This document shows positions 39,710 through 50,672 of a stretch of 64,000 bases of DNA, piece by piece. How positions within the stretch are numbered: position 1 is the first letter of the stretch; every line of letters begins with the position of its first letter. Position numbers and translations under genes: made by a program. The notes below the pieces were generated by a model. The model did not search any database. It was not told the DNA's origin and saw nothing but the letters and a program-made list of their open reading frames with translations. Location of the stretch: contig BDGG01000004.1 in the NCBI GenBank assembly GCA_001949185.1, positions 3,629,777-3,693,776 of the forward strand. The letters are read 5' to 3'. Source of the stretch: Ramazzottius varieornatus. Lineage: Eukaryota > Animalia > Tardigrada.

Positions 39710-40064
39710 GTTGAAATGATGTTGGAAGCTACGGGGAAGGGCGCACAAGACCTGCGAAAGTGCGATGCACAAGCAATTCGAGGAGCAAAACTAGCGGCCT
39801 GCATCCAGCTGGAGACTAAAGATTCCTCTCTACATCTCCACTCTCCAGCTTCTTATTTATTCGAAAGACGGTGGGGCGAGACGGATATCTGCAAAGCGGC
39901 CAATCAGCGATATACATGAATCCGCTAATCGCAGTTTTGATCTTGTAATAATGTAATTGGAAAAGATAAACAGATTTTGTCGGTCGTGTTTTTTAGACGT
40001 CTTCCAGTCTTCCGCCATCGACATCTGCTGAATATTGGAAGAGCAGTCGTTGGTGGAAGCAGGA

Positions 40065-40958
40065 ATGTCTGTCGGCGTAGCGGAGATGATCACTGAGGAC
40101 GAGCAGCCAAACTCTATCGATTCTGTGTCGCCATTTTCGGGGCTTTCGCTCTTCCCTGATCTTGATCAGCAACAGTGGTTTACACAGCATCTTCCGCTGA
40201 TACCTCCCATTCCAAGACGGCTGTCTGGCTTACCTTGCTCCATCCTTTTCAGCGGATCCAAGTTTGCAGGACATCAGAAGAGCCGCGGAAACTGCTACGA
40301 TGTCGAGGTATAGTGCGTGTCCGATGTGTGTTTCCCAAAGACTTTCGGCCAAACTTTCCCTTACTCGTCTCGAAGGTGAATATGGAGGTAAATCAAGTTT
40401 TCTATTCAGGTTGTTCTGCACAACGTGGATCTAAGTAATTCGTACCTCTGCGGATTTCTCAAGATCAAAGGTCTGACGGAAGAATACCCAGTGATGACAA
40501 CGTATTTCGAAGGGGAAATCATCAGTCAGAAGTTTCCGTTTTTAACGCGGAAATGGGACGCTGATGAAGACGTGGATAAAAAGCACTGGGTATAGTACTA
40601 TGTCTGCTCGATCCTACGTAACCTCTTGAAAGCAACGGTCGTTAATCGTTCTTTTTTGCAGAGTAAGTTTGGATCCTTCGGGCCATACAGCAGGACCTTC
40701 AACACAGATACCTTTGATTACAAGACAGTCACGGAGAGCGATTTTGTCTACATGCGGTGGAAAGAGCACTTCCTTGTGCCGGACCATACTGTTCGAGATA
40801 TCAGCGGTGCTTCGTTCGCTGGATTCTACTACATATGCCTGCAAAAGAGCCTCGGAACGATCGAAGGACTCTACTACCATCGGTCTTCGGAGTTGTATCA
40901 GTCGCTCAGTCTGAAACATATCGCTGCTCAGAGCTTCGAAGTGTACCGATTTCGCTGA
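40065..40958 (+). CDS. GID4: GID4/Vid24 Pro/N-degron receptor of the CTLH E3 ligase
   Basis: [77 protein letters not shown] and [11 protein letters not shown]. Confidence 0.96.
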
Positions 40959-41484
40959 AACTCTCGTAGCCAAGTAAGGCGAGAGACCCTTAGTCCTTTC
41001 GATATTATTTTGTACAGTTTTGCCGTCTTTTGATGGCTTTTGTACATTGTTGAGTCTATACTAAGGAAGATTTGCCGTGTTTTTCGCTTCTAAATCTCGC
41101 ATACACTTTGTGGTAATCGCCATTGCCGTGTGGTGAACCTGAATTAAGTTATTTTGTAAGACATCCGTCGACCAGTTTGATTTAGAGTAATTCAGCGGGT
41201 TGAATTTTTGTTGGGGACTGTTGGCTGGACGTGTTTGTTTGAACTAGCCAGCCCTGCTCTGTTTTTTGTTTGTACATGAAAAGACTTTTGAAGCAGAGAT
41301 TATTGAGCGCGCTGTCTGTTTCCATCCTACTTGAGAAGTTTTCAAATTTCTACTGGTACTCGGTTGCCCGGAAATGCGTAACGCGTGGTGGGAGGTTTAG
41401 CGCCAAATAGCGGTATCGTAAACGGAGGGGGAAGTTGTAATTGATGTGTCCGGAGTTTAAAAGTTGTGCGAAGAGTTTGAGACC

Positions 41485-44400
41485 ATGGAGGCAACAAGGA
41501 AGTTACGGACGGATTGTGTGGAGATTCGGGAGGCTGTGCAGAAGCTTCAGAATATCGCTGGTGAGTAGCAGTAGTAGCTTTTCGAATGACGCAATGTTTC
41601 GGTTGTTCTGGAGTAGTCAAACGTTTCCTCCTAGATTTGAAGATGTTCGAGCACGCGAGGCGCGGCAGACTGGAGCAGAGGGTTTGTGAAGATTTGGGCT
41701 TCATCAGGAACGTCATCACTGATATGGTACGGTGGTGGGACCGTGGGAACAACAAAGAGGCTTTATTACGCTGTTTCGAGAAGATACAAACTGATGTTTT
41801 CTCTTCGTATTTTGCAGAATGCGGAATATAAGATACTAACTCACCAGCTGGAGATTATCAGTATGGACAAACTCAAATACTACGACGAGTATCCCAATAT
41901 GGTGCGGAACTTCCAGAAGCATTCATACGGTACGTCAGATCGGTCCTACTCCAGCTACGTATATAAAAGTATCTTGAAAGAAGAACTTTCTCTAATCTAG
42001 AGACCGTGATGGAATGCCGGAAAGACTTTCTGCGTAGACTCGAGATGAGTCTGCTCGGTATGAAGGATCAATCCAGAAACCTCCGACAATTAAAGTACTA
42101 CAAAAAATTCCTGAAGGACGAAAACAAGGGTCTGAAGTAAGTTGACGTTGTTTTATTCTCACTTCCCACTTCCGAGTTTATTATTACTGCTGCATAGGCA
42201 GAGTCTTGGTGGAGCAGGTCTGGAAAGACAGTGAGGCTGTAGTGGACAGCTTGCATAGCTGCCATCATCGACGAACTAGTTGCGAGAAAGCTTTGACTGC
42301 AGTGGAAAAGCAAGTAAGTAAAAATGGACAAAACAAAACTGGTCCTCGTCCCACGAACATTTCCGCGTTCTTCGAACCATCACTTTTGTAGGTTGTCGCA
42401 GGAGAGAAAATGTGTACCGGTATAGAGAGAGAAACCGTGAAATATACGTCCCAGTGGGAACAACAAAAAGTGCTTTGGCACTGGCAAGCCTACGAGCTGG
42501 AGATTGTAGCTTGCGAGGAGCTCGACGAGAAGTTTGCCAACGAGAAGGTTCAACTGAATTTCGACAAAGGAGTCTAGCACTTCATTGTCTGTTTTCTAGG
42601 AGACTGAAGAAGGCAAGCGTTTAGATGTCTCGATGGAAAAGGCAGTGGAGGGGTTGGCAGACGATGTTGCAACGTTGGAGACTGAGCTTCAAAGGAGCAC
42701 GGAAGTGCTCGATATCCAACAAAAGTTCGCTTCTGTAACCGAACAGACGGACATCGTGGATGATCCCACTACAATCTCCGACATGGAACGATGGATATCC
42801 ATTTTGACGAACACCGACGAGAACATTGCCCTAGAACATTTCCAACCCGGTCTACAGCAGCTGTTTGTCCGACCGAATGATGAAGACGATGCCATGGAGA
42901 AGGAACAAGTTGATGAAGTGCTGCGGCAGATGTACGATGGAAGGTTCCCCAAATCTGACTTTTGTTTCGATGACTTCCTTCCATTATTTGTGGAGAGCTC
43001 AGCGGTTTCAGCACCACAACCAAACAGCGGCATTTCCGAAGTGTTGAACAGCAGCAAAGGGGAAGACAGGAAACAGGGCGTGGTCGCTGTGCTTGAGCCT
43101 ACTCTAGGTCTCCGAAGATTGCGGACCAATAAATTGACTACAGTGAGAGGCTTCAGACGGGTTTCAAATTCGATACAGTGCACGTGGTTAGGGAAAATGA
43201 GCTGTAAAACTGTTCTAGATTTTGGACGATGAGAGGAATCTACAAAACGAGACGAAGAAAATAAAATGGATCCTTGTCAGCAAAACCAAAAACTTGGAAA
43301 GGATCAAAGACGAACTCAGCGATATCACGGAAACCAACAAGCGACTACAGCAAGCTTGCAACGAACACCATAATGCTCTGAGGAATGCCCTCAACGAAGA
43401 AAACGAAGTGCACGAGATCCATACCAAAAAACTGAAAGAAATACTCGTAAGGCAGTTCGTTGTAGACAACGATGCGGATATTATTCTGGTCTTCGTAAAC
43501 CATGGAACCATCTTTGTGAGCCCCAAGAACGTTTCCATTGTAGATGATTACGGCTCGAGAGGAGTCTGTTCTTGAAGCGGTGAACGAGGAAAGGCAGGAA
43601 ATCACTTCCGTGTTGTCCCAGGTTCTGTCCACTGGTCAGCGGGAAGTGATTGCATTGAGTGACTCAACAGCTGTAAAAGTGGAACAAGAGGAGGGCCTGA
43701 TCAGTTCACTGGCAGTCACTTTCGCTGAGCTCCATCTGATGCAAGCCACTATCGAGCGCTCGAAAGCCGAATGGAAGCAGCAACGCGTATTACGGAAGCA
43801 AGTCGCGGAAAATATTGCTGAAGTGTCCGAACGGCTGGACCGTTTTCGGGATACGTACCAAAAGGTCTCAGAATCCCTGAACCACCAAAAGGCTTCTTCT
43901 GAGAAAATCCTTACCGCTTTGACGCAAAGGCGAGATCACATTCTGCGCTTACAAGCAGAAGCCGAAAGCGCATTGGTCCAAGCATTATCCTCGCTGGAGA
44001 CCTGCAGATCAAACCTCGAAGAAATTCGTAGGATGAACGCAGAAATCGTGAGGACAATGGTTAGCATGTTTCCCAACCGAATTTACGCACTAACTATACT
44101 GGGGTTGATACGGCTTCCAGAGTACGGCTACGGCAGCTGCGCGAAATTTCTCGACGCGACTTCACATCGATCTGGAGGATCTTGACAAATCGATGTTTGC
44201 CTATAAGGGTTTCACGAGAATTGTGGAGAGCTACATGCCATACATTGATGTTCAGAGCCAGTATGCCATGAGGACCTCAGAAGCCTTGCTCCGAAAGATC
44301 AAGTCAGTGCGGGAAGATGGGCACCATGCGGAAGAAATGAAACGGAAGACGTTGTTCGGAGAGGACATATCTGGTATATAAGTAATTTTTCATCACACGT

Positions 44401-44642
44401 CAAAAAAAGTTCCGTTTTGTCTATACGCTTTCTTTCTTCTAGGACAACTCGAGAGACCAAAGTCCGCTGGTATCGAACACCACAAAAGAGCGGACTTCCT
44501 GCGCGACCTTCAAACGCGCCTGGTGGAACTGAAAGACTTTAGTACGATTGCCACCGAGCTGTCAACTCTTTCAAAACTACAGGGTGAAAAATTCAGCCAT
44601 ATAGCTACCAAATTCCTTCCTGCATTCCTTGCTTTGCGATAG
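41485..44642 (+). CDS. Long coiled-coil protein, possibly CCDC175-like, multi-exon
   Basis: Continuous GT-AG exon chain of heptad-rich E/K/L/Q sequence. LTHQLEIISMDKLKYY...ETVMECRK resembles, from memory, the CCDC175 N-terminal region. The family call is tentative. Confidence 0.55.
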
Positions 44643-44880
44643 TTTACTGTTTTGTCTGTTTTTTTCGTTAAGTGCACACAGTTTTTGATGCGGTTAAGAC
44701 TTCCGATCAAAATGTTTCTCTGACATGAAAAGAAGGTGGATAATTCGTGGTCAAACAGGCCAAATAAAACTCAAAGTCATCTTCACGAGACAGCTGCACC
44801 TGGCTGAACTATAGGAAACATGGTCAAATCTACGGCACAACTTTGACAATTACAGGTTAAGTTTCGAGTGCACTTTTAAC

Positions 44881-47130
44881 TCAGAGTTCCAAAAGTAAAA
44901 TTCTTGGGTCCTCAACGGCCTGCTTAATCTTCTTCAAGAACGTTACGGCTTCCCGTCCGTCAATCAAACGATGATCGTAAGTTAGAGCAACGTACATCAT
45001 GGGCCGGATAACAACCTGCTCGAACCCATCCACCATTACGAAACCGTCCCTCAACACGACACGATATTCCTTACCTGTCCATTTACCGCAACCGGTCGTT
45101 CGTTGGTAGCATGCATACCGAGGATAGCGGACTGTGGGGGATTAATGATCGGGGTTCCCATGAGACTTCCGAAAACTCCACCATTGCTGATGGTAAAAGT
45201 GCCGCCACTCATGTCTTCGATAGCCAACGCTCCGTCACGTGCCTGTGTAAAACAGTTGCCAACGCTGATACCAAACGACAAATCAACTGGTTAAGAAGCA
45301 GAAGCCCACCTTTTCCCCAAGCTCTCCGATGGTCTTCTCGATATCCGCATACGTCATGTTCTCAACATTTCGTACAACAGGCACAACCAAACCTTTAGGG
45401 CTGGCCACCGCAACACTTATGTCGATATAGTCACGATACAGAATGTCATTTCCATCGATTACTGAAACCAGTCTTTCGTAAATACAACATCAAACACCAC
45501 ATCCGAAAACGTGACAAACATACCTGCATTCACGATGGGCTGATCTTTGAGAGCATACGCCGCAGCTTTCACAAATGCAGACATGAAGCCGAGTTTTACG
45601 CCGTGAACTTTGGCAAACTGGTCTTTGTACTTGTTGCGCATCTCGATAACGTTACTAAATCATAAGGCCCAGTGAAATCATGCAGGTAATCCGGTGGGGT
45701 TAACTTGGAGAAGAACGGGTTCTCTTACGACATATCGACTTCGTTAAAGGTTGTCAGCATAGCAGCTGTATTCTGTGCTTCCTTCAACCGCTGCGAGATG
45801 CGTTGTCTCATTCTGTTCATTTTCACCTGGAACACGAAATCCCATTGGAAGAAGTCAAAAAAACTAGATGGCTGCGCGAATAAAATGTACTCTGCTTTCA
45901 GTTCGAGGACCGACTTCCGGTTCCGATTTGACTGCCGCTCGTCCGACAGGTATGTCAGATGTTGGTTTGCTGGACATCGGTCCTTTCGGGACCGGAGGAA
46001 CCTTTGGAGCTTCCTTTGGTATTTCACCACTCTGATCTCCATGACGCGTCCGAGCTTGTGGTTGAAGTGTATCTGGCCGGGCTTCGTCACTTGAAGGGGT
46101 GGCTGATTCAGAATGCGGGCGTTTGCTCTGTTCTTTCGGTGCCTCGGCTTTGGCCTGGCTCTTGGGTGCTTCTTTGGCGGTCTCTTTAGCTTTGTCTTTC
46201 GAGGCCGCCGCTTTCCCTCCTGTGGCTCCCACTCGAACCTTGTACAACTCTGCCCCGGCCATTACTTTATCTCCATCTTTGAACAACAGCTCTTCTATCA
46301 CACCGGCTACCGGAGAAGGAAGCGGGATCGCGGTCTGAAAGCGGAGCCAAATCATCATACAAACTGGCGAAGTACTCAGCAAAGTTCGCTACCAACCTTG
46401 TCTGTCTCGATCTCACCAACAACATCGTCTTCCTTAATTTGATCACCAACAGCTACATGATAAAAATGCAGCTTCTTTGCAGGCTGATTTGAGAAGGACT
46501 CAAATATCCGTACCTTTATGCCACCGGACGTCTCCTTCCGAGATCGAATCGGCAAAAGGAGGCGTCTTCACGGTTTTTACTTCATCCCCTGGAGGAGATA
46601 AGAGCTGTCACAATAAGATGTCTTCAGGTGAGAATAAGAAATATCACAGCGGCGGTCCGCGCTACTTACTAACCTCTTACTGAGGTAATGTGGAGATACC
46701 TCCGGTTTTCGGTCGAAACTCTACAATATAACTTTTGTCACTCAGAATTCTAAATCATCGTTAACGTATGGGTCCATACCGAGAAAGGGATAAAGCTCGA
46801 ACTGGCTGAGCCGCGCCTATAAACGATAAACGGATCATGATGCTGATAATAGATACTCCGTACTACGATAATAGTTATCAGCGATACACGATACACCTAC
46901 ATTGAATCGCCGGAGCTTCAACAGAAAGGGGCGCTATATTGCGGCAAGACTGCAAGAAGTAGAAAGCTATGCATTAGTCCAGCTCGAAGAAGGACGCGCA
47001 CTCACATCCCCAGAACGAGACACTCAGTGAGCCATCAAACGGGATATACGTGTACCTGTATCCGAGCAAGGGGAAATCCTCTCGCGCTCACCGAGCGACG
47101 GCAAATAGTTTGTGCTGTTCGCGGCCACAT
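44881..47130 (-). CDS. DLST: Dihydrolipoamide succinyltransferase (E2 of the 2-oxoglutarate dehydrogenase complex), multi-exon
   Basis: Lipoyl domain [13 protein letters not shown]...[69 protein letters not shown] and [15 protein letters not shown]. Confidence 0.97.
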
Positions 47131-47603
47131 CCTTGCATGAGCTATGCGGATAGAATGGAGAACTCCACGTTACCCCTAGTACGCATGCGTCCAGGTCGCA
47201 GATTACTATCACAAAATTCCTCCACTTACCCGAGATCCCTTTCCGCTGAACAGCAAGTATCAACCGACTTGTTGCTCCCACCGACAGCCCGGTCGATGTG
47301 CTCCTTCCGCTTGCAGGATCAGAAGTCGCTAGTTCAGTTCTTGCGTTGCAGATTTCAGATGTGTCCCTTCGCCAAGCGCACTTCCAGTGTCCAGACAGAA
47401 GATCACTTTGCCAGATGATGCTAATCGCGGTCAAATGCAGACAACCCGTTTCCCAGCCCAGGCTCAGGCTGTACTGTACTTAATCGACGTTCGACAATTT
47501 ATTAATAGAAATGCAAGCGATTGATTGAGACTGTCATTGATTTAGTCGTTCTTGATCGACTCCAGCTTATCGCAATCTCCGTACCGAAGTAGCAAAGATA
47601 CAA

Positions 47604-47625
47604 CCGGAAGCGGAGCTGCGGAAGT
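47604..47625 (+). promoter_or_regulatory. Tandem ETS/GABP-like sites in the DLST/WARS1 divergent promoter
   Basis: ccggaagc (47604-47611) and gcggaagt (47618-47625) lie between the two divergent starts. Confidence 0.4.
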
Positions 47626-47862
47626 CACTTTAGCTGCAACTTTCAATCTTGCAGTGCGTCTTTCGTTTAACTCCCAAGAACTGCTGGTGCAAATTTCCGT
47701 TTCATTTCGTAAGCTCTCTAGACGGTCTGGAGTTCAATCAGCACATCACGGGAAGGAGGATCACTGTGAGTGGTTTGGTTCGGCATGTTGAAGTGATGTA
47801 GTTGATGATTCCGGTCGCGGAAGACGGGTAAAGCTCTGCAGTTACAGCTTTCGCGTTTTCAG

Positions 47863-49724
47863 ATGTCCGCTATGGGCGACAACATCGACAACTTAACCGC
47901 TAGGGTGGCGGACAGCGGAATCACGAATGGAACAGTGGGCCAAGGAGAAGAAGCAGTCGATTCCACGAATGCTGATATCGTAACACCGTGGACAGTGCAG
48001 ACGAGTTCCGCTGCTGGTGTCGACTACACCAAGCTGATACGTAAAATTTCTACTCATCGAAACTCGTTCGGCTGTCGTGTGCTGTAGTTTTCATTACTCC
48101 TAGGCTTATTCGGAAGTCAACCAATAGAAGACGACCTACTACGGAAGTTTGAGCAGGTAACCGGGAAGTCGATGCCACCTCTGTTACGACGGAAAATATT
48201 CTTTTCTCATCGGTACGCCATTGCAGTAGCAAAACGTGGTCCTTACGTGTATGCTAAAAGTCGTGATTTGATACACCAATAAAGATGTCTATTGCAGCGA
48301 TCTGGATCAAATTTTAAACACGTACGCCAACGGGAAACCGTTCTACTTGTACACCGGTCGGGGACCTTCGTCTGATGCAATGCATCTTGGGCATCTTATA
48401 CCGTTCTTATTTACGAAGTGAGTTCCAACACGGAAATTTTTGAGCGCAAAGTGCCAATAGTTGAACTATATCTCGTAGGCAGCTTCAGGAAATCTTTGAC
48501 GTACCTCTGATCATTCAGTTGACGGACGACGAGAAGTTTTTGTGGAAGGATCTGACCCTCGAGAAAGCTAACGAGCTGGCGTACGAGAACGCCAAAGATA
48601 TCATTGCAGTCGGGTTCGACCCAGAAAAAACTTTCATCTTTAGCGATCTGGACTTCATGGCGTGAGTATCTCCATTTCATCCTTGAGATATTCGGTTTGA
48701 AGTACTGGAGGTTGATTAATACGAGTCGCGTTTTCTCCTGCAGTCAAGAACCTTCCTTCTATTGGAATATTCTCAGAGTACAGAAATCGGTAACGTATAG
48801 CCAAGCGAAAGGAGTCTTCGGGTTTACGGAAAGCGATCACATAGGCAAAGTTGGATTTCCTGCTGTACAAGCGGTCCCTTCCTTTTGCTCGACGTTCCCC
48901 TTCATATTTGGAGATCGGAAGGATATTCCGTGCCTCGTACCTTGCGGAATTGATCAAGTAAGCGTAATTCCTCTCTCCGTTTTGGGGATTCTGTATCAGC
49001 TGGTGCTCCTCCTCTGCAGGACCCATACTTCCGCGTTACGAGAGACGTAGCTCCAAAACTGGGTTTCCGGAAGCCTGCATTGCTACATTCTGGTTTTATA
49101 CCATCGCTGCAAGGCGCTCAAACAAAAATGAGCGCAAGTGATCCGAACTCGTCTGTCTACCTGACTGACACTAATAAACAAATAAGAGACAAGGTTCGAT
49201 CGGCTCGGAAAGTTTTTGTTCTGCTAAAGGTGGTTTATACCATGTGCTTGTTTTCAGATCAACAAGTACGCGTTTTCTGGCGGACAACAGACTCTGGAAG
49301 AACACCGGGAAAAAGGTGGCAATTGTGATGTGGATGTTTCTTATCAGTACTTGCGCTTCTTCCTGGATGACGACGAGAGACTGGAACAAATAAAACAGGT
49401 ACCAAATTTCTTACGCGCACAAACCAAAATACCTGCGGTTAATACGGTGGGAACTGTTTGATCCGTCCGCTCGAATAGTTCTACGCCAACAACAATTATT
49501 GTAGAACTGAGATGAATATTTTGCTAAAATGAGGTTATTCATAGGATTACTCCTCCGGGAAGATGCTGACAGGTGAGCTGAAGAAAGAGCTCATCACCGT
49601 CCTCCAGAAGCTTGTGGAGGATCACAAAGAGCGCCGAGCTGCGGTGACACCAGAAACCGTGAAGTTGTTTATGACCCGTAGGAAGCTCAAATTTGATTAC
49701 CCAGCGCCAGCTAAAACAAAATAG
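47863..49724 (+). CDS. WARS1: Cytoplasmic tryptophanyl-tRNA synthetase, multi-exon
   Basis: [53 protein letters not shown] and MLTGELKK. Confidence 0.97.
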
Positions 49725-50093
49725 AATGTTCCGCAGCTTGTTGTGACTCCGGGTGGTTCTGGGCCGGTTCCCGTGGTACATCTGTGTTCTTTTTTATCTT
49801 CATTACCTTCCAGTGCGTACTTACAGCTACAGTACTGTACTAGCATTCAGTACTCAGGATACCACGTTCTGCCAGACTTTTTGTCTACACAGCCTCTACC
49901 ATGCTTCCACCGGTATGACATGTAATTTTAACGGGTCGTGTAGTAGTCCGACAACTACGATGGTAGCGGAGACCTTTGGATCTCCCGAGAACTTCCTCAC
50001 GGTCTTACCGAGCGTGCGCCGTGCGGAGCGGCAGCAAAGGTAATCAAAACTGCCACGACAATCAACCGTTCCGCATCTGACACGGAACGAAAG

Positions 50094-50120
50094 TTTCGCG
50101 AATTTTCAATGTTGACGTCA
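50094..50120 (+). promoter_or_regulatory. Heat-shock element plus adjacent CRE upstream of STIP1
   Basis: tTTCg-cGAAt-tTTCa (50094-50108) is three perfect inverted nGAAn units, with TGACGTCA at 50113-50120. Lies upstream of a probable 5' UTR exon ending at cag/gtaag ~50323. Confidence 0.7.
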
Positions 50121-50672
50121 TGAGCAACTTCGGCGCATTTACCATGCTTTGTAATTCTAATTTCTAAAGTCACATTTCTCAAATGCAACAGTCGGGAGTC
50201 GCATTATTCCTTTTCGCGTCGGACTGCTACTAGAGTTGCGGATTCAGGAGCCTATCTTTCTCTCCTCTGGATCAGGAATACATTCTGGTTGGATAGCGAT
50301 ACTGCCCTCCTAGGAGCGCTCAGGTAAGAAGCCTAAGCCTGTTTAGAGTCTAGTTCAAAGATAGGAGTTTATTGTACGCGGGTGCTTTTCGTGACACGAA
50401 ACGTTGTCTCCGTCTGGCCCTGGAGGTCTGAACTGACGAACGATACTCGTGATTTATGGATGGATGGTGACAAATGACGATCCGAATCAAGAACAAGACC
50501 AAAGCTCAGTCCGGTCACCGGTTCCCGGAGCTGAAGTTTGATCGTTGTAGTTTGACTGGACATCTGTCACAATCATCAGCAGTTGCTTTTACACTTCGGT
50601 GAATTCTGTACTGATAGCCGCCTCTGTTGTCTTTCAGGTTTTCTCACCCGAAAGCATAGCTGAGTCGCCCAG

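Noticed and set aside
1-40958. WDR26 and GID4 (both CTLH/GID ligase subunits) in one window
   Set aside because: They are 40 kb and about 13 unrelated genes apart, which is compatible with chance in a gene-dense genome.
47863-48040. WARS1 lacks an N-terminal WHEP domain
   Set aside because: Expected for non-vertebrate TrpRS.
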